This document shows positions 55,011-64,000 of a stretch of 64,000 nt of DNA, piece after piece. A program made the position numbers and the translations under genes. This stretch comes from Octopus sinensis (lineage: Eukaryota), in assembly GCF_006345805.1 (NCBI RefSeq), contig NC_042999.1, positions 163,680,001 through 163,744,000 on the forward strand, written 5' to 3'. The notes under the pieces are model-generated. The model saw nothing but the letters and a program-made list of their open reading frames with translations. It did not search any database and was not told the DNA's origin. Position 1 is the stretch's first letter. The number at the start of each line of letters is the position of its first letter.

Positions 55011-55774
55011 CTATACAAAAACTGTTCGCCGGGAGCTGCACAAAGCTAGATTTCACGGGAGGGCTGCAAATCAGAAGACCACTACTTTCAAAAACCTACA
55101 GAATTGGTCGCTAGAGCAGTGGAAGAATGTTATTTTCTCGGACGAGTCATCCTTTACCTTATTTCCGACCACCGGTCGAGTATAGTGTGGAGACAGCCAA
55201 AAGAAGCATTTGACCCAGACTGCCTTCTTCCGACTGTTAAACATGGAGAAAGATCTGTGATAATCGAGGGGTGTGGCTATATCTTGGAAATCCGCCGGCC
55301 CAATGGTTTCTCTTTATAGCAGAATTAATAGTCAATACTATTTAAGCATTTTAGCTGATCAAATTCAACCTATGGTTGCGGAACTCTTTCTGGAGAGAAA
55401 CGCAATCTTTCAGGATGATAATGCACCAATTCACACAACTAAAGTTGTTACTGAATTGTATGAGGAACATTCTAGTGAAGTTGAACATCTTATTTGGCCA
55501 CCACAGTCCCCAGATCCCAATATTATCGAACATTTATGGTGCATTTTAGAAAGACAAGTAAGGGGTCGATATCCTCCACCATCATCACTACAAGAACTGG
55601 AGACTGTTTTAGCTGAAGAACGGACAAAAATCCCTTTGGAAACAATTCAAACTTTGTACGAGTCCATACCTCGTAGAATTCAAGCTGTAATTATTGCCAA
55701 AGGCGGTCCTACCCCATGTTAAACCAAATTTGTTTGAAATTTTAAGGTGTTTCCATTATTTTGTCCAACCCCTG
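55010..55774 (+). mobile_element. Tc1-family (DD34E) transposon, 3' half with right TIR
   Basis: WKNVIFSDESSFTL, PTVKHG, IFQDDNAPIHT, WPPQSPDPNIIEHLW, SIPRRIQAVIIAKGGPT. Ends GGTGTTTCCATTATTTTGTCCAACCCCTG-TA. Confidence 0.92.
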
Positions 55775-56639
55775 TACTTTACGTTATCTTTTTCTGCTGT
55801 AAGAACCCAAATGAAGATGTTAGTGAATTATCAGCGACGGACGAGAATACTAAATTAAGCGCAACAGAGGAAACAACCAGGGAAAGAGCTAATAACTTAT
55901 CAGACAGTACAAGGAATACTAACAGAATATAAACAACCGAAAAGTAATTATGGATCGATATCCATTTCGTTTTGCGACTATTCTGGTTGTTAATTATAAT
56001 GGTTGATTTATTCTGGTAACATTGATATTTGTAACTTTTTTCAATATGTTTTTGATGGACTAACTTTTTTATCATTGTTGCTACTTTAACGTAAAAGTTT
56101 ATCTTTGAGAGGATCTTTTGTTAGTCCAAAGGAAGTTTTATCAATTTGTAATTCTTTAACAAGTTGTTCAATATTTTCAACTTAAAAATTCTGAACTTGC
56201 TTGATCTTTTCCATATTTTCTTCGTTATGTATTTTTGATAGTGCAATGCTGTTTTCGTTTTCGTCATCAGTTTTCTTTTGGTTCATATATCTATACTCTA
56301 TTATTTTCCTTGTTTCGATGGCGTTTTATCTATCTTCAATATTTACATTCTCAATGTTTATTTTAATGTTTCTGTTTTTATTGTTTGTATTTTTGAATCA
56401 GATGTTTTGTTCGTTCTTTGTCTTATGTACTTTTCTTTTAAGAGTTTTATTTGTATACCTGATGTAATTTTAGCTTTAAGTAGGTTTTTTTAAAAAAAAT
56501 CAACCAGTTTTTTGGTGTTGAAGTTGTTGTTGTTTTTGTTAATATCATGATTATGCTCAAAAGTCGAATTGTTATAAGAATTGTAGAAAGACTGACTCGC
56601 AATGTAGGTTTGAGCCTTTGGTGTTTGATCTTCGTTGAA

Positions 56640-56855
56640 CCATTAGCGGACACACTGCTTAGCGGCATTTCGTCTGTCTTTATGTTCTGAGTTCAAGTTC
56701 CGCCGAGGTCGTCTTTGTCTTTCATCCTTTCGGAGTCGATAAATTAAGTACCAATCAAGTACTGGGGTCAACGTAATCGACTTATCCTCTCCTCCAAAGG
56801 GCTGCCCTCGTGGCAAAATTTGAAACTATTATTATTATTATTATTATTATTATTG
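56640..56855 (+). mobile_element. SINE family A with (ATT)n tail
   Basis: Family body motif and tail. Confidence 0.82.
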
Positions 56856-57369
56856 AGAGAGCAGTGCATGCCATCAAAGTGACACTGGGGTAAAATATAC
56901 GAAACCCAGTATATCTACCATGACTACTCGTCTCATAAGGGTACACCAGGCACATGCATCACAACCATATGTGCGCGACATGGTGATCTCATATCAAGAC
57001 AAAAAGCACATGACCTTGCAGGTGGGGCCCAGTTAGAATTTTCTTCTGGTCGAGTAATCCATCCCGCTCAAAAGGTCCCTGAATAAGGGTTGTTTAAGGA
57101 TGTTGAAAGAACCACCCATGTTTCCAGAGGTAAATTATTAAAACCCCAAAGAATCCCTCTCAACACATGGTTATGATGCTCCCCCACTGCTTCTGTTCGT
57201 GATCAGAGATGTACATATCGTCAGCCATTAAGGGACATGCTCAAATAGCTGAGGTCAAGCAACTAACAAGCAAATCTGTGGTATTGAGCAGAACAATGCA
57301 CATGATAACACTTTCAATCAGTTAAGATCAGAAGCCACTAGAGCCACTGCCTGGTACTGCATCAGGGCA

Positions 57370-57370
<1 letters not shown>
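56855..57370. mobile_element. Unclassified about 515-bp non-coding insertion within (TTA)n
   Basis: Block of more balanced base composition with sharp boundaries, (TTA)n on both sides, no ORF, no TIRs. Confidence 0.55.
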
Positions 57371-57411
<41 letters not shown>

Positions 57412-57477
57412 AATCATGTTATTATTATTATTGTTGTTGTTGTTGTTTTTTTTAAATTTTATGATTATGCTTAAAAG

Positions 57478-57690
57478 TCGGTGAACGAGCAGAATCGTTA
57501 TTTTCGCTGGACACACTTTTTAGCTGCATTTCGTCCATCTTTACGTTCTGAGTTTAAATTCCGCCGAGCTCGACTTTGCCTTCCATCCGTCGGGGTGAAT
57601 AAAATAAAGTACCAGTTGAGTATGGGGTTCATGCAATCGATTTACCCCCTCCTTAACATTGCTGGCCTTGTGCAAAAATTTGAAATCAAC
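57478..57690 (+). mobile_element. SINE family A
   Basis: Family head, body and tail. Confidence 0.82.
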
Positions 57691-58727
57691 ATTATGATAA
57701 TGTTTACTACATTTGTCCTTATCCCTACAAAATTTGGTACAGCCGCAAATTTCGTCAATTTTTTGTTGCTCTTCTATATTGGAGAACTTCATAAATAATT
57801 GTTTATTTAGTGACAATTTTATTGAAAGACTAACTCGCAATGTAGGTATGAGCCTTTGGAAACTGATCTTCGTCGAACCATTAAGGATTTTAACAAATCC
57901 ATAATTTCATTAGCAAAAAAAACCCCAAAAAACAAAACAAAAAAAGACAGAAATTGGAAAAGGAAAAACATGTCGTCGTCGGAAGGAAATGAGAGGGTAA
58001 AAAAAAGATTATTAAAAAAACACACAGCAGAGATAGTGTTAACGAACAACAGTAATTATTCAGAACAACAATAACATAACGTAACGAATCACAACTATTG
58101 CAACCATAACAATCAAAAGCTTTGGTGTTATTACTACACTACATTGACGTCATACCAACGACATGCAGATAAGAAAATTTACACAGCCATTTGCTGCAGC
58201 AGCAGCAGCACAAGGAACAACAATAAGAGAAACAACGATGACGACTGAAGAAATAAAAATTTAAACAGCAACAAGCAACAACTTAATACTAATGAAACAA
58301 CATAGCAATTCCTCATTTGCCAGTACAGCCAGTCACATTCGTATGTGAACTTGAAGAAGCAGATACAAGTGTGACATCATGCACTATGAGATGATACCAT
58401 TTCTAATGGAGGACGTGAGCAGCTTCGAAAGAACAAAAAAAAACTATTGCAGAGACCGAAGTTGCAGTATTTCGGAGATGTAAAAATTGTGTCAGTGGCT
58501 CGGCCGTACATGTATGACGAAATAATTTGATATTTTATAGTACATCGTATCAACCCGTAATGGCACGAAAGTTAATGTAACAGTATATATATATGTGTGT
58601 GTTTAACTAGCAAACACACCGCTTCCATTGTATAATTATTTCAGCCTCGAAACACGATCTCCGATGGTTTAACTCTAATTACGCACACACACACACGTAC
58701 ATGTATGAATGCATGTATGTATTTATT

Positions 58728-58760
<33 letters not shown>

Positions 58761-58832
58761 TAAAGCGTATATATATATATATATATATATGTATTTAGAT
58801 TAATGTATACATACATACATACATATATATAC

Positions 58833-58922
<90 letters not shown>

Positions 58923-58945
58923 GTATATACATATATATATATATG

Positions 58946-58996
<51 letters not shown>

Positions 58997-59069
58997 CGGG
59001 AAGCTTTATGAAAATAGACAAAAGACGAAGGCAGGTGGTAAACAAACAAACAATTGTATTAGTATGGCG

Positions 59070-59112
<43 letters not shown>

Positions 59113-59382
59113 TGTATTATCGAACTCATTCCTCAATACATACGAATTGCCTGTTCACCGGTAGGCTGCGATTTGATGCAGTGGAGATAACCCCCTCAAA
59201 GCGCCGGGTGTTAAAACACATAAATGTCATAGACAGGCGAGACAACTCTGTTCAGGTACGTGATGTTGATAAACAAGCAGACGACATACATTGTGTATAA
59301 AACAAGCAGAGGAATTACATTGTATATGTGTGTTCGAAAATGTTTACAACATGCTCGACTAGCAATGTATTCAAATTCATAT

Positions 59383-59471
<89 letters not shown>
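58728..59471. repeat. Compound (TA)n/(TG)n/(CATA)n arrays with short unique inserts
   Basis: Direct observation. Confidence 0.9.
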
Positions 59472-59472
<1 letters not shown>

Positions 59473-59644
59473 TAAGCAATAAGGGTTTAGCAACGAGTTG
59501 CCTTACCACATACCGAATTTAGAAATAGCAGTCAAAGGGTTATAGCTATTTCTTCTACTAAAAAGGGAGATCTCAGTAAAAACAGCATTTGGAAGGCAGA
59601 CACAAACAGGTAAGAGAGAATGTATATATATATATATATATATA

Positions 59645-60905
59645 CATGATAAGTCAAAAGTTATCTTCATTTTCGCCGTAACATATCTTTGTTATTGTCA
59701 CATTGACGTCTGCACATGCTTACTTATAGTTGGTACTATTTTAATCACGTGATCGAAGTTTGAGCCTGATCGCGCCATTTTTCTTTCTAGCTTTACAGTG
59801 TAAGCATGGCCTCTCGACGAGCAATGTGTTAGTCGAGAAGAACAAAGAGCTGTGATCCGATTCCTCTGGTCGGAAGGTGTGTCAGGTGCTGAAATTCATC
59901 AGAGGCTTTTAACACAATATGGGGACTGTACACTACTGCGTAGCGGTGTGTATGAGTGGATCGAAAAGTTTAAAAGTGACTAGACAAGTGTGACGCACGA
60001 AGAGGGAGCAGGACACCCATCAACCTCCATCGCCGACGAGAAGATTCAGTAAGCTCGAGTGATGGTAATGGTGCACCAGCAAGTTATCATCGATGAGGTA
60101 GCTCGGTCTTTGCAGATTAGTCATAGTTCGGCCTATCAAATCATCCACGATGAGTTTGGCTCCCATAAAGCCTGTGCAAGATGGGTGCTAAGAACGCTTA
60201 CAGCAGCGCACAAGCGCAAACGTTTTAAAGTCTGCCAACATTTACTCGATCGCTACAACAAAGAGGGCAATGAATTTTTTAGCAGAATAGTCACAGGAGA
60301 TGAAACGTGGGTCCATCATTATGAGGCAGAATCCAAAAGACAGCGTATGGCGTGGAAACAGCCTGGATCGCCAGCGACAAATTCAAGACTCAGTCTTCCG
60401 CGGGAAAGGTGATGCTAACCCTTTTCTAGGACTCAAAATGGCCTATCCAGGACGATTACCTGGATCAACAGTGCAAGATACGGCGCTTTGCTGGCCAACA
60501 AACTGAATCCAGCAAGTCGCACCAAACGCTGAAGCCTATTGTCGAAGAGAGTTTGCATGACAATGCACGTCTAACACGGCCGCCCAGACCGTTGAAACCA
60601 TTAACTAATTGTGCTTTGAGGGGCTGGAACACTCTGCCTACAGCCCAGGTTTATCCCCTTTCGACTGTCATATCTTTGAACCGCTAAAAAATGTTTTACA
60701 AGGTCGTCTATTTCCAACGGTTGAAGATGTGAAGAAAGTAGTGCATAAATGGTTGCAGCTTCTTCTTGGAATACGCAAGTTTGTGGACCACTGGACCAAA
60801 TGCATCGTAAAGACAAAATAGAAAAATAACGAACTTGTTTATCCCCCGATTTTGTGTAAATACATTGAAGAAATAAGTGTGCGTAACATTTTTGACTCTC
60901 CCACG
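59645..60905 (+). mobile_element. Full-length degraded mariner (DD34D)
   Basis: EQRAVIRFLWSEG, WVLRTL, IVTGDETWVHHY, HDNAR, HSAYSPGLSPFDCHIF. Degenerate TIRs (AGTCAAAAGTTA / TAACATTTTTGACT) with flanking TA. Confidence 0.88.
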
Positions 60906-61389
60906 TATACACACACACACACATATATATATCATCAGTAATGGGAGAAACATCTTATTTTGAAAAGAGTAAAGATAGAAGAGAGAGATAAAAACACGTC
61001 TGTTCTTTTGAACATCCGTACTGAAAAAGAAAGATGGTCACGTGAGGAAAAGAAAGATGGACGACGGTCACGTGTGAACAACGAGAGAGAGAGAAAAGAG
61101 AAAGAGGGAGAGAGAGATAGAGACAGACAAAAAATAGTGAAGGAGAGAGGGGAGAAAAGGGAATTAGAGAAGGTTGGAGGACGAAAACAGTATAGAGTAG
61201 AGTCGCATCAAGGTGAAGATAAACTTACTTGGAAATGGATGCGTCGCGTTCAATTGAATAATATATATATATACATGTATATATGGGTACAGACGTCACT
61301 AACGGTGCAAATAGCATGAAATACATAAACAATCGAGTTAAATACGTAAACAACGAGAAAAAATGGAAAACAGGACAAGTAAACACATA

Positions 61390-62679
61390 CGAGGGACGTT
61401 CAATAAGTAATGTCTCTGACCCACTTGCAGTTGTTTGATCTAGCTGGAATTTTGCATGTGCAATTATTTATATCTCTATAGATTAAGTGGCAAATTACAG
61501 CTCCGAACTAATTGTGGTTTCTGATTTACAGGTGTTTGAACCGAGTCAAGTGTGACATGGAGCCTGTTGAGTGTCGAGCAGTGATCCGGTTTTTGTATTT
61601 GAAAGGACGCACACCACAGGAGACTTTTGATGAAATGAAAATAACTTATGGTGATGATGCCCCATCATATGACCTTGTAAAACGCTGGCATCGTGAATTC
61701 AAACATGATCGGAACTCTGTGGAAACAGCTCCCAGATCTGGTCACCCCCTTCTGCCATTGATGAGGCATCTGTCCATCAAGTTGAAGCTGCCATTTTGGA
61801 AGATCGATGCATAACTATTCGCCAAATAGCCCATGAGGTCAAGATTAGTACCGGGTCTGTGGAAACTATCATTCATGACCATTTGCATATGCAAAAGGTG
61901 TCTTCCAGATGGATTCCCAGGTTGCTCACACCTTTCCAGAAGCAAGAACGCGTCGAGTGCTCGAGGATGAATTTGGAGATGTGCCAAGAAGATGAGTCAA
62001 AATTTTTCAAAAGACTGATTACACAGGATGAAACCTGGGTCCATCACTATGATTCAGAGACTAAAGCCCAGTCAATGCAGTGGAAGCACCGTGACTCACC
62101 TCCTCCAAAGAAGGCAAGGGTGCAGCCCTCCGCTGGCAAGGTCATGCTCACAGTCTTCTGGGACCAGGACGGAGTAGTGATGACAGATTTCCTGGCAAAG
62201 GGTACCACAATTACAGGAGCCTATTATGCTTCACTTTTGAGGAAATTATGAGAAGCTATCAAAATCAAGAGGTGGGGCAAGATCAGCAAAGGCATCCTCC
62301 TCCTGCAGGACAACTCGCGTCCACAACTCGCGTGTCGCCAGATCAGAAGCACAGGCGTGCTGCTATGAACTCCTCCCTCATCCCCCCTACGCTCCTGACC
62401 TTGCACTCTCTGATTTTCACCTCTTCCCAGCTATGAAGTTTTTTTTGAAAGGAAAGCATTTCACAGATGATGCAGCCTTGATTTCTAAAGTCACGTCGTG
62501 GTTGGAGGACCAAGCTGGGGTCTTCTACAAAAACGGTCTCCAGCGCTGCATCAAACGATGGCAGAAATGCGTAACTCTGGGTTGTTCCTATGTAGAAAAA
62601 GACTAATAACTGTGCCAAGTTTCGTTGCTCTACTGCTATGGGAAGTGGGTCAGGGGCATTACTTATTGAACGCCCCTCG
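61390..62679 (+). mobile_element. Full-length mariner (1290 bp) with TIRs and TA TSD
   Basis: TA-CGAGGGACGTTCAATAAGTAATGTCTCTGACCCACTT ... AAGTGGGTCAGGGGCATTACTTATTGAACGCCCCTCG-TA. Confidence 0.95.
61557..62606 (+). pseudogene. Mariner transposase (DD34D), frameshifted, with one in-frame TGA
   Basis: MEPVECRAVIRFLYLKG, WIPRLL, ITQDETWVHHYD, KVMLTVFWD, LQDN, PHPPYAPDLALSDFHLF. Confidence 0.92.
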
Positions 62680-62754
62680 TATATACGTTTATACACTCAC
62701 TTATCCCAAAACATATGAACCGCAGTTTTCCGTGCATGATGAATATTATTCTTT

Positions 62755-62964
62755 CCTACTCAAAGCACAAGAACCGAAATTTTTGGGGAGGGGGACAGTC
62801 GATTAGATAGACTCCAATACGCAATTGGTTCTTAATTTATCGACCCCGAAAAGATGAAAGGCAAAGTCGACCTTGGCTGAATTTGATCTCAGAACGTAAA
62901 GACGGACGAAATACCGCCAGGTATTTCGCCCGGCGTGCTAACGTTTCTGCCAGCTCGCCACCTT
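62755..62964 (-). mobile_element. SINE family A
   Basis: Reverse complement of the family A head, body and tail. Confidence 0.85.
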
Positions 62965-64000
62965 GCATGATGAATAATGCTAGAAAAAGCTGATTGCTTT
63001 GAGGTTCCGCAGTTCTTTTATAGATGCAGATTAATTTTCGATTGTATTCTTCATTAGGAATGAAATTAAACCAGTCTATGACTTCAAGAATGTTTCCCTA
63101 CAATGGCTGAGGTGAAGCTTCTCTAAATGTTGGTTTGAATATGATTTCGTAGAGTTTATAAGTCTAAACGATCTTTTAATTCTGACTTGTCCTCAAATTC
63201 TGAATTATCCTCAAATTCTGATTTGTCCTTACATTCTGTTTTAGTCCTTAAATGTAAAATGAAGGAGTGTTGGTAGAAGAGGCTTTCTGCTGTCGCCAAT
63301 GGAGATGCTGTTATCAAGCATTCTTTTCCGATGGTGTTATTAAGCGTTGGTATCAAATTATTTTTTTTTGTGTTTGCTCGTGACCACATTAGAAGCAACA
63401 CATGAGTTTGCATACTAAAAAACCCCGTACAGATTTTCCATTTTCTCCCTCCCAACCTCTCTCTCTCTCTTTCTCTCTCTGTCTGTCACTCTCTCTCTGT
63501 ATATATATATATCGATTAGATGTTTATGTTACGATTTTCAAAGGATATAAAAAGTTTGTCACTGATGGAGATCTATTAGACTTAAAACTAAAGTGTTCAT
63601 CAATTCTAGTTGATTTCTGTGTTTTAGGAGGAGATACTCTATTAGAGATGTTTGAAAGATATATACGAGGGTAATGGTGGTGACAACGACGATACTAACA
63701 GCAATAGTAGTTATAAGTGTTTATATTGTGAAGTAATGTAAGAAGTCAGACATTAGAAGACGGGAGAAAAGAAAAGCTAAAAGTCAAACGAGTGCTTTTA
63801 AAAACTAAAATTCTGTAGGGAATAGATCAGAACACATATCGCCATCTTACTTCTAGTGCAATTACCAATAAGTAAACAAAAAAGAGAAACTACTAAAAAA
63901 ACGCTTAACGATCTCAAACGGAAACAAATATTGTATTGCCACTCAACGCCGACAACTGTACAGCACTCTTTCCACCAATACCTCCTTACTTTACCTTCAA

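Noticed and set aside
63156-63455. Minus-strand ORF with a 3x 18-bp repeat (EDKSEF-like)
   Set aside because: Short, no recognisable domain; the repeat alone explains part of the open frame.

Overview
AT-rich, microsatellite-dense eukaryotic DNA made almost entirely of transposable elements. The tRNA-SINE families and repeat landscape suggest a cephalopod (Octopus) intron or intergenic region; this is inference, not a database result. No host protein-coding exon could be supported. Recognisable content: (1) a near-complete Tx1/L1-clade LINE (1-4955) plus three older or rearranged relatives; (2) two R4/Dong-clade RLE retrotransposons sitting in (TAA)n arrays; (3) RTE-clade fragments; (4) two different Penelope-like (PLE) GIY-YIG remnants; (5) an internally deleted piggyBac with perfect TIRs and TTAA sites, three mariners, a Tc1 fragment, hAT remnants and MITEs; (6) more than 20 tRNA-SINE copies. 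The most notable signal is a set of type I hammerhead ribozyme motifs with dissimilar stem sequences, lying in short non-coding cassettes embedded in (TA)n microsatellites. One forms a 1.25-mer of a 488-bp unit and another a 123-bp foldback, consistent with PLE-mobilised retrozyme-like RNAs. A second notable signal is a SINE copy whose 3' tail matches the Tx1 LINE 3' end.
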